Shown: positions 35,538-45,376 of the stretch, piece after piece
Position numbering within the stretch: the stretch's first letter is position 1
Layout of the letters: every line of letters begins with the position of its first letter
IMG/VR virus record: IMGVR_UViG_3300027628_000015
Source of the DNA: an uncultured virus (IMG/VR IMGVR_UViG_3300027628_000015)
Lineage: Duplodnaviria; Heunggongvirae; Uroviricota; Caudoviricetes; Herelleviridae
Length of the DNA: 64,000 nt
Reading direction: 5' to 3' (one strand)
The notes under the pieces: generated by a model
Database searches by the model: none
What the model was told of the DNA's origin: nothing
What the model saw: only the letters and a program-made list of their open reading frames with translations
Program-made: the position numbers and the translations under genes

Positions 35538-36722
35538 TTATTTATAGTACCAGCCTTTTTGATCGAGGAACTTCTTAACTGATACTAGGTCTAGACCGCC
35601 TACAGAAATCGTAGAGCTTGGGTTACCTGTAACGTATACGTTAAGTTGTGAACCGATCTTAGCCTCTTTAAGGAATGTGCGGAACTCAGCTTCCATTGCC
35701 TCTGCTAGTCCACCTGTTGTGATTGTAACAAGTAAAGCTTCTACTTCTTTAGCCGATACAAAACCACCGGGAACAGCATAGGCGTTACCGTCTTCAGTGT
35801 AACCATAGACAGAAAAAATAGTGTCCTTAGTTAACGTACGGAATGCTCCAGATAAGTTTGCGTATTTATATACACTGATATCTTTTAGCGCCTTAACTTG
35901 GAATGAGTACTTGTCTCCTAAACTTGTTACTTTAGGTAAGTCCTCAGCTTTAGGTGTCTTCGCTTCTAGAATACGGCTTGCCAGCTTAGTAGTTGTATCT
36001 TTACCAACGATACCGTCTGCTGTCAGTCCATTATCTTTCTGGAATGCTTTAACAGCTGCAATCATTTCGTCTCCGTAGCTACCGTCTGCACCATACTTAG
36101 GTAACTTGTAACCTAATGTTAACAAGTCTTGCTGTAACTTCTTAACCTCTGCCCCAGAATCACCTTTTTGATAGATTCCCGGACTGTTGGCTGGTGCTGA
36201 TACAGAAGATGTATTTGGTTTGTATGCAGGGAATTTAGGTACCATACCGCTGTATACTTGCCTGTCCGTTAAACCAGCAGTCATTTGGAAGTGAGGGTAG
36301 TCTTTAAAGCTCTTCCAATCTCCGCCCCATTCAAAGCCTAATTTCTTAGCCTCTTCTACAACTTCCATCCAGTCTGCTTTGCCATCCCCATCGAAGTCTT
36401 TGCCCATTTCCCAAACAACTTTCGTACCATCTGTGGACTTAAGCGCAAAGTCAATAGCATAACCATAGTTATGCATAGAGTATCCGCCACGGGCATTGGT
36501 TACTTTGTCCTCACTTGGCTCTGCTTTCACGCCACTTAAACCTACAGCATTTAACTGTGCTTGAGTACGACCCTTTGCATACAACTTATTCTGCTCCGCT
36601 TTTGTACGAAGCGCTTGAGTGATCGTAATAGTATATGGACCAGTTAAACGTTTATTAGCGTTAGCAATTAGTTCTTCGGCTTTTGCTTTTACATATGGAT
36701 GAAGACCTTCTAAACTAGCCAT
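35538..36722 (-). CDS. endolysin: M15 L-Ala-D-Glu peptidase plus peptidoglycan-binding domain
   Basis: R...EQ..LYA.GR, SMHNYGYAID, WGGDW..F.DYPHFQ; GDSGAEVKKLQQ.L...ADG..G. Confidence 0.92.
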   Translation of the reverse strand: MASLEGLHPYVKAKAEELIANANKRLTGPYTITITQALRTKAEQNKLYAKGRTQAQLNAVGLSGVKAEPSEDKVTNARGGYSMHNYGYAIDFALKSTDGTKVVWEMGKDFDGDGKADWMEVVEEAKKLGFEWGGDWKSFKDYPHFQMTAGLTDRQVYSGMVPKFPAYKPNTSSVSAPANSPGIYQKGDSGAEVKKLQQDLLTLGYKLPKYGADGSYGDEMIAAVKAFQKDNGLTADGIVGKDTTTKLASRILEAKTPKAEDLPKVTSLGDKYSFQVKALKDISVYKYANLSGAFRTLTKDTIFSVYGYTEDGNAYAVPGGFVSAKEVEALLVTITTGGLAEAMEAEFRTFLKEAKIGSQLNVYVTGNPSSTISVGGLDLVSVKKFLDQKGWYYK

Positions 36723-36769
36723 GTAAATTGCTCCTTTCAAATTATGTTCTCTTTTAATATAAGACCAGA

Positions 36770-37093
36770 TTAGTTATTTACTAACCTAGTCTCGATTTCC
36801 CTAATAATGGAATCAAAAACGGTATCTGAGCTAAACGTAAATACGAAGGTAACTCCAGAGAATTTACCTACGCTAACTTGCTCAGCTGTCACAGGGCATT
36901 GCCACTCTTTAGCAGCGTTAATGAACTTAGCAGCTTTGATAAACTCCTCAGTTTCTTTAGCTTGGTCCTTCATAAGCTCTACGGGAATAAAGATTTCATG
37001 CTCTGTCTTCATTCGACCGACAGTTTGCCTTTCTTTGAAGAACTCCACTGTATCTTTTAAAGAATGGAGGAGAGTTTTTCTCCCTCCACTCAT
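36770..37093 (-). CDS. hypothetical protein
   Basis: coupled ORF in late terminase operon. Confidence 0.75.
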   Translation of the reverse strand: MSGGRKTLLHSLKDTVEFFKERQTVGRMKTEHEIFIPVELMKDQAKETEEFIKAAKFINAAKEWQCPVTAEQVSVGKFSGVTFVFTFSSDTVFDSIIREIETRLVNN

Positions 37094-37878
37094 TCCGCTG
37101 CTTCCTCTTCTTCAGGTTGAGGGAACGTATTTTCTAGCCATGCAGGGAAGTTATCCTTCTGAATGAAACTGATAATAAATGCGATCTCTCCGCCCTCTAG
37201 CCCAGAGTTGATAGGAGATACACCTGTTGGTGGGTTTCCTGTGTTGTCATCTGTGATAACTACTACGTCATCTCCAAGGTCAATTACTTCTCCGGCTGCT
37301 ACTAAATCTGCAAATTTTTCTACAAGAACTTTGTACTCTGCGCCGCAGTCAATTGATTTTCTAAAGATTCTCTTATGTAGTTCCGGGTCCTCAGATGAGT
37401 GACTTACGAGCTGCAAGAAATTTGTATCTTTTGACTCGTCTGAAGATTTGGCAATTAAGAAGTTATAGTCCTTAAATGTTTTCCTAGCCAAATGCACCAA
37501 CATGTCTAAAATTTCCGCATAATCTCGATCTGTTGGCTTATTAGTTAATAAACCTGTTAATGTTAAACCCTTTTTCTCTTCAGCGAAGAATCGTTCCGTT
37601 AATGGTGGTGGTACCGCTACCGTAAATTCGTGATCTAATCTATTTTTATTATTACCTTTGTCCATATTCATCTTATTAACTTCCTCCTCGATTATAATGT
37701 CTTTTAGTTCATTAACAACATTCTCTATTGTCTGTTTATACAGCTTGACCTCTTTTTTAGCTGATCTTACTGCCATAAGGAATCCAAAAGCCAGTAATAG
37801 CGTATATCCTACTACCGTTACTATCATTATAACATAGATTCTATCAATCACTCTCGTTACCGCTCTCTCCAAATACAT
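37090..37878 (-). CDS. conserved membrane-anchored protein
   Basis: N-terminal TM helix; syntenic downstream of terminase. Confidence 0.75.
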   Translation of the reverse strand: MYLERAVTRVIDRIYVIMIVTVVGYTLLLAFGFLMAVRSAKKEVKLYKQTIENVVNELKDIIIEEEVNKMNMDKGNNKNRLDHEFTVAVPPPLTERFFAEEKKGLTLTGLLTNKPTDRDYAEILDMLVHLARKTFKDYNFLIAKSSDESKDTNFLQLVSHSSEDPELHKRIFRKSIDCGAEYKVLVEKFADLVAAGEVIDLGDDVVVITDDNTGNPPTGVSPINSGLEGGEIAFIISFIQKDNFPAWLENTFPQPEEEEAAE

Positions 37879-38752
37879 CTTGAAGATCAGCTGCGTCTAC
37901 ACTCCATTGGTTCCCGTCCTGCTCTAATCCAAACTTTGCAAATACAGGACGAGCTTGTGGGTTGTCTTCTACTTTTACGCCCTTATTCTCACTAACTGCT
38001 AGCTTAATAAGCTCTGAGAATCCTCGAGCGGCAATGCCCGGAACTTGACCGTTGGTCTTGTAGAAATCCATTACAAGGTATTCACCTTCTTTGGAGTATC
38101 CTACTATTCCAGCAATCTCTCCGTCTGGACCATTTAATTCTAAATAATAATCTGAGCTATCCTGAAACTGTTGACCTTGGGATAAGCCTTTAGCTGCCTG
38201 TTTGAGCTTAGCAACCTTCTTCGTATCCTTTGTATCACTATCAGCGTGAATCTTACCTCTAAGCTCTCGAGCGTGGCTTACAGTGGCATTGGGAGTACTT
38301 CTGCCTTCACTGTTTCCTTCGTTCGGTTCACTTCCGCTTTTGCCCGGGTCTTCGTACACAGTAATCTCAGTCTCTTTTCCATTTCTCATGACCTTACGTT
38401 TTACTGGTACTAGCTTACTGTAGTCTTTAGCTTTAACAAGTTCCTCTGGGAGGGAGTCACAAGATTTAGCGTAAAGGTACATATCGTACATTGTATCAAA
38501 CCCGTACATGCTTAGTAGCCCTTGATACGTCTTGGACAGTTGATCGTTTCTTTCGATAACGTCATCTAGACCTTTAACCTTTGTCATTAGCTTGACAAAC
38601 TTTGTATCGAATTGAGCGTCTTGTAATCCTGTAGCAGGCTGATTTTGTACTTCTGTAGCGATCTTAGTAAGTTTCTCAACTAGGCTAGCCATGCCAGATT
38701 CGGATAGACTATATTTTGCCTTTTTCACTGCTATAACCTCCTTTATACACAT
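37844..38752 (-). CDS. conserved protein downstream of terminase (probable virion protein)
   Basis: KDYSKLVPVKRKV.RNGK motif; start probably GTG about 38728. Confidence 0.7.
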   Translation of the reverse strand: MCIKEVIAVKKAKYSLSESGMASLVEKLTKIATEVQNQPATGLQDAQFDTKFVKLMTKVKGLDDVIERNDQLSKTYQGLLSMYGFDTMYDMYLYAKSCDSLPEELVKAKDYSKLVPVKRKVMRNGKETEITVYEDPGKSGSEPNEGNSEGRSTPNATVSHARELRGKIHADSDTKDTKKVAKLKQAAKGLSQGQQFQDSSDYYLELNGPDGEIAGIVGYSKEGEYLVMDFYKTNGQVPGIAARGFSELIKLAVSENKGVKVEDNPQARPVFAKFGLEQDGNQWSVDAADLQDVFGESGNESD

Positions 38753-38809
38753 TGTAGCATGTCTGTATTATACTGTCAATAAAAAAGAGAGGAAAAAATT
38801 TCTTCCTCT

Positions 38810-40606
38810 CTAGTACCCTCGTCCAAAAATATCTGTAGCTTGTGGCATAGCATTCTGTACGACTGTGTAGTTGAAAGCATTTTCTTGTGTGCCAACAATA
38901 AACGGCTCGAGAACATGTTCCATACCTACCATTGAGTACACAGAAGATTGGGCAAAGTGATCGTCACCTTTATTCGTGATGATTTGGTATACTTCTGCTG
39001 TCTTCTCGTCTTCTTCATCTCGAATAACAACGTTTTTCCAGTGTTGCTTATACAAGTCTAGCTCTCTATCTGGGCGATAGAAACCTAATCGATTCATCTT
39101 CATATCTGAAATGTGACGCTTATTTTGTGTAAGCTTATCGATTGTAACTAGTGACTTAGGCTCTGACCATGAAGGCTGAATCTGCCCCGTAGAGCGTGGG
39201 TTAGGGTTTACCTTAACTCCATACACTTTACCATAACCAAAGTGCTGAATAAGCTTCTCAACGTAGTTACCGCTATCTCCGATGTCTGCACAGATAATAT
39301 CCGGGCTGTATGGAATAAGCTGGTTAATGATTTCCTCTAGGTCCGCCTCAATATTGGCTACGCCTCGGGAGCGCTCCACAGAAAAGATACGAATAAGGTC
39401 AATCATACCGTTATCTCTGAATCCTCGAATAGTAATCCAGTGTCGGTTACCCCAATCGATACCTACAGAGATAAATCGATAGTCCCCTCGATTCATAAGT
39501 GGTTCTGGTAAATCTTCTCGGATGTTTTTGTTAATATCGTCATCCACAACAGCAAGCGCTAAATCTTGAAATGGAAACCCTAAAACGTAGTTGTAGAAAT
39601 GCTGCTTCGACTTAGCTTCAAGTTCTTTACGTTTCAGCTGGTCCGCAGAGATAAATACAGCGTTCATTTGAGTGATAAGATATCCTCGAGTTCCGCCGCC
39701 ATCTTGAGTACGGGTAGGGTATAAAGGAACCCATGAGCCGTTATACCAGCGGTCTAGAACTTTACCACACTTTTGACAGACGAATCGGAATGTTCCGTCT
39801 TTTACTGTTTGAGCTAGCAAGTCTACTCCACTCTCATCGGTACATTCAATATTTTTCTCGTAATCTAGCTGCTGCGTATAACCGCAGTGATCACACTTAT
39901 GCATATACACATGCTGGTCTGACTTGTCATATAGTTCATGAATCCCGTAGTTCGGAACCGTAGGTGTTGACCAACGGCGTAAGATTTTAAAGTTAGAAGA
40001 TGACATAGACTCAATAGCTGAGATTTCTGCTGAAGCAGATACACGGTCATACTCATCCAGAGATAAGTAGTCGATATCGACACCCTCTACTGCTGCACCT
40101 TTAGAAGATGAACGGAACAGTAAGAAGCTATTTCTAATTTTTTTCTTTTCCAATGAGTCAACATTTTTATCGGTAATAGTCGAATAGTACCCAGCCTCCA
40201 ACAGAGGATTAATCCGGGTACTAACGAAGTCCTTCATTTGTCGGTTCGTAGGGAATGTATATAAACATTTAACCCCGGCGTAGCTGTGTAGATCGGCAAA
40301 GTGAATCATTTCTGCTACACCAATCTCAGATAGTCCTAGCTGACGAGACTTGATAACCGCCTTATTTGCATGCTGGTCATTGATCATCTGTACTTGCCAA
40401 GGTCGGTGAGATTGATATTTTGCAGAATCTCTTCCGCTAATATGGAAGGTAATCGGGTGGTTCTTAACCTTGTGATGCTTTAAAAGATAAGACGAAGGGT
40501 TGAGCATAGTGATTACATAAGCTAGTTCTTCTTTTGTTAGGTCTGTTCGTCCAAATGTCTGCTTAGCGACATTGGCGATTAGTTTTCCATCGATGTTGTT
40601 AATCAT
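38810..40606 (-). CDS. terL: terminase large subunit
   Basis: KSRQLGLSE, LSLDEYD, STPT, GIDWG, DHFAQ. Confidence 0.95.
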   Translation of the reverse strand: MINNIDGKLIANVAKQTFGRTDLTKEELAYVITMLNPSSYLLKHHKVKNHPITFHISGRDSAKYQSHRPWQVQMINDQHANKAVIKSRQLGLSEIGVAEMIHFADLHSYAGVKCLYTFPTNRQMKDFVSTRINPLLEAGYYSTITDKNVDSLEKKKIRNSFLLFRSSSKGAAVEGVDIDYLSLDEYDRVSASAEISAIESMSSSNFKILRRWSTPTVPNYGIHELYDKSDQHVYMHKCDHCGYTQQLDYEKNIECTDESGVDLLAQTVKDGTFRFVCQKCGKVLDRWYNGSWVPLYPTRTQDGGGTRGYLITQMNAVFISADQLKRKELEAKSKQHFYNYVLGFPFQDLALAVVDDDINKNIREDLPEPLMNRGDYRFISVGIDWGNRHWITIRGFRDNGMIDLIRIFSVERSRGVANIEADLEEIINQLIPYSPDIICADIGDSGNYVEKLIQHFGYGKVYGVKVNPNPRSTGQIQPSWSEPKSLVTIDKLTQNKRHISDMKMNRLGFYRPDRELDLYKQHWKNVVIRDEEDEKTAEVYQIITNKGDDHFAQSSVYSMVGMEHVLEPFIVGTQENAFNYTVVQNAMPQATDIFGRGY

Positions 40607-41022
40607 TAGAACGCACTCTCATTTTCTTTATTTTGAGCCATGTCAAACTTGTGTAATAGCTCAGCCACATCTTCAGTTGATAAATCTGTAACATCTAATC
40701 GTCCCTCTTCGTCTGCTGTAATTTTACCCTCTTGGATGCCCTCTTCTAAAGCCTTATCCTGCTTCATGTTGATCTCAGGAAGCGCAGATTGTCCCATTTT
40801 ACCCTCCATTGCTTCTGTAATTCCATTAATCTCCTTATACATCCCATACACACGGGTTAAGTCCGCCATGTTGTCAATCGGAATATCTCCCGACTGTAGG
40901 CGTTGAATAAACTTGAGTAAAGAAAGTGACAAGCTGTCATTTAGTAAGTCACGTACTTCACTTTCACTTGACATTCCTTTTTTCTTTTGCATCTTTTTTC
41001 TGATGTTATCCGCCATCGACAT
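40606..41022 (-). CDS. conserved protein immediately upstream of terL (putative small terminase)
   Basis: position and size as in Herelleviridae. Confidence 0.55.
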   Translation of the reverse strand: MSMADNIRKKMQKKKGMSSESEVRDLLNDSLSLSLLKFIQRLQSGDIPIDNMADLTRVYGMYKEINGITEAMEGKMGQSALPEINMKQDKALEEGIQEGKITADEEGRLDVTDLSTEDVAELLHKFDMAQNKENESAF

Positions 41023-41296
41023 TGATTAACTCCCCTTTCTTCGCTAATGTTCTGTAACAAGACGCTACGTCTTTACAGATATCAACTTTAAAATACTCGT
41101 TTAAATGGAAGTGAACATGTGAAACGGAAGTAATGTACTTTCCTTCTTTAATAACTAAAGAGGAAAGGGGGCGGCTACACACGACACATAGTCGAGGTGT
41201 ATGCACCCGTTTGTCCCCTTTGTTGAAGTCATGGTACTTTTCCGCTAGCTGATATAGGTTTTTCCGTTTTGCAACTATCTCTTTTTTAGTTATCAA
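41006..41296 (-). CDS. small Cys/His protein
   Basis: CVVCSRPL...C...C; TTG after GAGGAGG. Confidence 0.7.
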   Translation of the reverse strand: MITKKEIVAKRKNLYQLAEKYHDFNKGDKRVHTPRLCVVCSRPLSSLVIKEGKYITSVSHVHFHLNEYFKVDICKDVASCYRTLAKKGELINVDGG

Positions 41297-41840
41297 GTTC
41301 CTCCTCATCCTCCTCATCGAAGTACTCCTCGTCTTCTTCGGTAAGATCGTCTTCTCCAAAATTAGAATCAAGATAATCGTTATACGCTTGTAAACGTTCC
41401 TCTAGGAAAGTATCTTCGTTAAATTCTTCGTCACCCATAACGGCTGCATACATATACGGTAGCTCTAATATTGTTTGGCTGACAATTCGAGTGATAGCTT
41501 CTGTAGAAAAAGATACCCCGTATCTGAGAAACTGGTTAAATACAAACGTCTCAAATTTAGTATGTAGCTTTTCGATAATCTCCGCTTCTAGTAAATCGCT
41601 TTCAGCTTGTAAGTGAGCATAATCGTAAGCCATTGTTGTAGTCGTTATTGTTACGATCGTCTCTAGGTCTGTAACCAGTTGATTTACAAATGGCATATCC
41701 GGGTACATCTTTTCCCCTTTAACAAGGACAGGCGCTAATAGTTCCGAGTCCGTAACTACTTGTGGTGTAAGCTCCTCTACGGCAAAATTCTGTGCAAAAC
41801 TACGGTAACTCTCCATCTCTTGATCAGTTAATCCAAACAT
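41286..41840 (-). CDS. acidic hypothetical protein
   Basis: 184-aa ORF in late operon. Confidence 0.75.
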   Translation of the reverse strand: MFGLTDQEMESYRSFAQNFAVEELTPQVVTDSELLAPVLVKGEKMYPDMPFVNQLVTDLETIVTITTTTMAYDYAHLQAESDLLEAEIIEKLHTKFETFVFNQFLRYGVSFSTEAITRIVSQTILELPYMYAAVMGDEEFNEDTFLEERLQAYNDYLDSNFGEDDLTEEDEEYFDEEDEEELDN

Positions 41841-41851
41841 AAAATTGGCAC

Positions 41852-42142
41852 CTACCCTTCTTTTTTCTCGTCCGTCTTCTCTGGTTCCTCTGGCAACTTC
41901 TTCAGAACTACTCCCGTCAGTTCCTGTAATTCCTCCTCCACCCGTTGTTTCTTTTTTAGCAAGTGCCTATTATATAGCCAAACTACAGCTACGGCTAATG
42001 CAGCTCCTGCAATAATGTGTGTTGTTAACGGATGGGGGATAGGGTGTATGAGCTCTGAAAAGCCGTAAACGGTTGTCATTGCGACCGCTTCCGCAAAGAA
42101 TACGAGTAATATTTTAATAACTAAGTGATTTCGATTTAGCAT
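41852..42142 (-). CDS. two-TM membrane protein
   Basis: two hydrophobic helices; RBS AGGAGGG. Confidence 0.75.
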   Translation of the reverse strand: MLNRNHLVIKILLVFFAEAVAMTTVYGFSELIHPIPHPLTTHIIAGAALAVAVVWLYNRHLLKKKQRVEEELQELTGVVLKKLPEEPEKTDEKKEG

Positions 42143-42176
42143 GTGTGCAACCCTCCTGTTATTTTGTCCTTGACTA

Positions 42177-42232
42177 TAATATAGTGGATTGTGGAAACTT
42201 TATGAAAAATCTCACTGCAAAGTCCTATATTA
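42177..42232. promoter_or_regulatory. divergent late promoters
   Basis: TAATATAG (minus, 42177-42184) and CTATATTA (plus, 42225-42232). Confidence 0.6.
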
Positions 42233-42263
42233 GGAAGAGAATCAGAAGTCGGAGAGGGTATAA

Positions 42264-42563
42264 ATGATTATATATTCTATTATTATTACTGTAGCCTTGT
42301 ATATCCTTATGGGCTACCTATCATTCATTACCGCCTCAATCCTCTATAATGGGTTGCGGTTCAAACTTCCTCTTTCAATTTTAAGGTCAATTGTGTTTAT
42401 AGGAATATCCTATATCTCTATTATATCAGATGTTATACTGTTCGGTTATGCGCTGTACAGCTCGGTTCTTATCAAGAATGGGATGTTATTTTTATTAGTC
42501 GTGTCAACACTCGTACCAGCCGTTGACAGAAAGGAGAGTCATTATGAGCATAAAGGAGAATAA
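42264..42563 (+). CDS. three-TM membrane protein
   Basis: hydrophobic throughout. Confidence 0.7.
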   Translation: MIIYSIIITVALYILMGYLSFITASILYNGLRFKLPLSILRSIVFIGISYISIISDVILFGYALYSSVLIKNGMLFLLVVSTLVPAVDRKESHYEHKGE

Positions 42564-42900
42564 ATATCACAATACAGTCAAACTAGAGTTTCGTGATCTA
42601 GTAGCTAATTTCACACAGAGGGACAGATCGCAGTATCATATGTTTACTATTCACCGCCTGCTCTCCTTGGGACTGCTTATTGATTTTACATATCGGTACT
42701 GTACAAACAGTACACCAGACAAATATATTAGAATAGAGTTAGACTTAAAAGAGCACGGTCGAGTGCTATTTAAAATCAATACAGAGTCTAATTATGGGAG
42801 CGTAGCAGACGATATCAGCATGAAGGTATTAGAGAATTTCTTAGTAAATTTTGATACAGGACTTGATGATAAAGGGAAAAGAGGGAGTTTTGGTCTTTGA
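42544..42900 (+). CDS. hypothetical protein
   Basis: ATG after AAAGGAGAG. Confidence 0.7.
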   Translation: MSIKENKYHNTVKLEFRDLVANFTQRDRSQYHMFTIHRLLSLGLLIDFTYRYCTNSTPDKYIRIELDLKEHGRVLFKINTESNYGSVADDISMKVLENFLVNFDTGLDDKGKRGSFGL

Positions 42901-42913
42901 TAATTAAAGAAAG

Positions 42914-43255
42914 GTGGGGGTTCTAGTGGCTTACCAAAATCATGAGCTTATTCACAAGCTTAAAGGTATTGAAGATACAATCCAAAACCAAGAAACAGAT
43001 ACTACAGAGCTTAAGGTGGTTGTAAACGAACTTAAGGCAATTGTACAATCTCTTGACAAGGACATGGCAATTCAACTCGAGAAACAGTCCCACCTGTTTT
43101 ATCGGGTGGAGCAACTACAAAAAGAAATAGAGCTGTTAGAGGCTAAGGATGTTAAGACAGGTGATAAGCAAAGAGCTTTAATCGAGAATGCGCTTATGGC
43201 TTTCCTTGGTGGATTAATCACGTACGTCTTCAGCTTAGTTGGTGGAGGCAAATAA
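42914..43255 (+). CDS. coiled-coil protein with C-terminal TM helix (XhlA/holin-like topology)
   Basis: heptad pattern then ALMAFLGGLITYVFSLV. Confidence 0.6.
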   Translation: MGVLVAYQNHELIHKLKGIEDTIQNQETDTTELKVVVNELKAIVQSLDKDMAIQLEKQSHLFYRVEQLQKEIELLEAKDVKTGDKQRALIENALMAFLGGLITYVFSLVGGGK

Positions 43256-43264
43256 AATTGAAAG

Positions 43265-43510
43265 GTGTGGAAGGTAATGAGAGAAAAGGTTATTGAATTA
43301 ACAATGCAAAGCGGAGTAAAATTTTATGTACCTTCAGAAGATTTAAACAGCCTTGGCGTTCCTGAATCTCCTGATAGCTATGTGGGGAATCATTTAGTGG
43401 GTAGTCGAGGACCTATGCTTCGAGTGTTAACTGCTTTAGATGCTACAGGTGAAGAAAGATTTGTAAACCCTGCTCAGATCGAGAGTATGAAGGTTACGTA
43501 CCTATCGTAA
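43265..43510 (+). CDS. hypothetical protein
   Basis: ORF followed by terminator at about 43511-43542. Confidence 0.7.
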   Translation: MWKVMREKVIELTMQSGVKFYVPSEDLNSLGVPESPDSYVGNHLVGSRGPMLRVLTALDATGEERFVNPAQIESMKVTYLS

Positions 43511-43713
43511 AAGGACTAGAATTTATCTAGTCCTCTTTTTTATGTATATTCTAGTAGGTAACTTTAAATCCGTATATTTCAAGTACTGCCTGAGTAGTTG
43601 CCCAATTCAAGTGTGCTAATCGCTCTAAATAATCAAAATATTCACACATTTTATTACCCTCCTTGTCAACTTTGTCCTATTTTAGAGTAAAGTAAGACCC
43701 GGAATAATCCGGG

Positions 43714-43902
43714 TTAAGCGTTCGTACATCTATCACATAGCAGCCTGTGTAGTCCGCAGAGAGCACACGGTTCGATTTCCGATAGTTGACCCTCATGTGC
43801 CATATGGTAGCTTGTAAGGGTCTTATCGTCCTCGATACGGTGCAGCGCACAATGATTAATAGGTATTTCTTGATTACAAACTCCACATTTACTTTCCTTC
43901 AT
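43714..43902 (-). CDS. small Cys-rich protein
   Basis: CGVC, CALC, CDRC; coupled to upstream stop. Confidence 0.6.
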   Translation of the reverse strand: MKESKCGVCNQEIPINHCALHRIEDDKTLTSYHMAHEGQLSEIEPCALCGLHRLLCDRCTNA

Positions 43903-44090
43903 TATTCTTCCTCCCCAAAGTCATATACTATTCTTCCCGGTGAAAAATACTGAATGAGCCTATTTCCTTGCTTTACCTTTTTCTTACACATCATTCGATC
44001 ATGACTGTTAACGATAATTACTTCCCCTACATCATATTCGTAAGGTGTTTTCTCTGGAGCTCCTGAACCATATACAGCATATTTCTCCAT
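43902..44090 (-). CDS. hypothetical protein
   Basis: RBS AAGGAGGAG. Confidence 0.7.
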   Translation of the reverse strand: MEKYAVYGSGAPEKTPYEYDVGEVIIVNSHDRMMCKKKVKQGNRLIQYFSPGRIVYDFGEEE

Positions 44091-44091
44091 A

Positions 44092-44358
44092 TTAATGCTC
44101 CTCCTTGACTGATCTGTTTTCTAACTCTTCAATTTCCTCTGGTGTAAGGTCATCGAAGAGATCACGATAGCCAACTCCAAACATATCCTCTAGTGCTCTT
44201 AATGTTTTCTGTCTTGGAAACTTTTCTCCATTCTCCCAGTAGCTTACTGAAGAGTAGTTAACACTTTTACCCATTTCTTTTGCTAATCGATCTGCCAGTG
44301 TATAAATAGTAAGTCCTGCATCTGTTCTGTATTTTTTCAATCTCTTCGGTGTTTTCAT
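44092..44358 (-). CDS. XRE-family HTH transcriptional regulator
   Basis: LKKYRTDAGLTIYTLA...SVSYWENGEKFP. Confidence 0.9.
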   Translation of the reverse strand: MKTPKRLKKYRTDAGLTIYTLADRLAKEMGKSVNYSSVSYWENGEKFPRQKTLRALEDMFGVGYRDLFDDLTPEEIEELENRSVKEEH

Positions 44359-44406
44359 TATTTATCTCTCCTTAATATTATTTGGTGTGTTTTTGTTGTT
44401 AATTAC

Positions 44407-44435
44407 ATCTTAGCACCTTATTGATTAAATGTCAA
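44407..44435 (-). promoter_or_regulatory. sigmaA promoter of the XRE gene with TTGA-N7-TCAA palindrome
   Basis: TTGACA-17-TAAGAT; TTGATTAAATGTCAA at 44421-44435. Confidence 0.8.
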
Positions 44436-44489
44436 CATCATTTTATAAAAAAGCTTTTGAAGATGTGTTTCTTTTATTGTACCTTATAC

Positions 44490-44985
44490 TCCTGAAACAA
44501 TCAATAAATGGTTAGAAATTATTTTGTCCTATTTTAATCGTAGTGATACCAAGGGTTTAGAGGTAATTCCTGATACAAATGTGCCTATTTTATTTTAAGT
44601 ACTCTGTATTATATATTTATAATATTATTATATATAAATTAATTATTAATAAATAAAATTAAATATAAGGGTTGAGCTAAAAGCTAAAATAGGACAAAAT
44701 GGATTCCTGACAAATAGTTTCCCTTTCAGGTACAATATCTCTGATCTAGAGTAGATATAGAAATGAATCCTGAACAGTGGTTAAAAGTTTTTGTCCTATT
44801 TAGAACCCTTGATACATAAGGGTTTATAGAGTATTCCTGAGAAAAAGTGTCCTATTTTATTTTAACTGCTCTCTATTATATATTTATATACTATATATTA
44901 ATAAATAAATAATTTATATATTAGATTAATAAATAAAGTATAATAAAAAAGACGGTCGAGCTAAAATTAAAATGTGACAAAAAAA
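44490..44985. repeat. imperfect tandem duplication with TGTCCTATTT motifs and AT-only cores; candidate replication origin
   Basis: two units about 270 bp apart: TTTTGTCCTATTT...GATAC..AAGGGTTTA...ATTCCTGA...CCTATTTTATTTTAA...AT tract...GAGCTAAAA. Confidence 0.7.
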
Positions 44986-45281
44986 GTTGGAAAAGTTATA
45001 GACAAATGCTTGCCTTACCATAGAGAGTGTGTTATAGTAAGTATAGGCTTAGATTGACAATAAATACACACCATATTAGCTTGTTCAGGAATACGACTAA
45101 AAAGGTCTCTCCCCTGATGATTCTTTCTATAGTAGAAATGAACAAGCTAAACTTTTTTCAATAAAAACAACGATTGTACGTTTAAGTAACTACATTGTTG
45201 GTTATAATATAAATATAGAGCCTAGAAGTATTTCATACTTCGTTCCTCCCTTTCCTAACGGCTCTTTTTTATTATTTTATT

Positions 45282-45376
45282 GGACGGTTACTCAAGTATG
45301 GCTGAAGAGGACTGTTTGCTAAACAGTTAGTCGGTGGTAGCACCGAGCAGAGGTTCGAATCCTCTACCGTCCGCCA
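45282..45376 (+). tRNA. tRNA-Ser(GCT)
   Basis: ACTGT-TTGCTAA-ACAGT, long variable arm, CCA. Confidence 0.92.

Noticed and set aside
38810..40606. Intron or intein in terL (also checked thyA and endolysin)
   Set aside because: ORFs are continuous and of normal length, with no intein or homing motifs seen
375..44358. Prophage or lysogeny module suggested by XRE regulators
   Set aside because: No integrase, att site or host flanking genes in the window; the layout is that of a lytic SPO1-like phage
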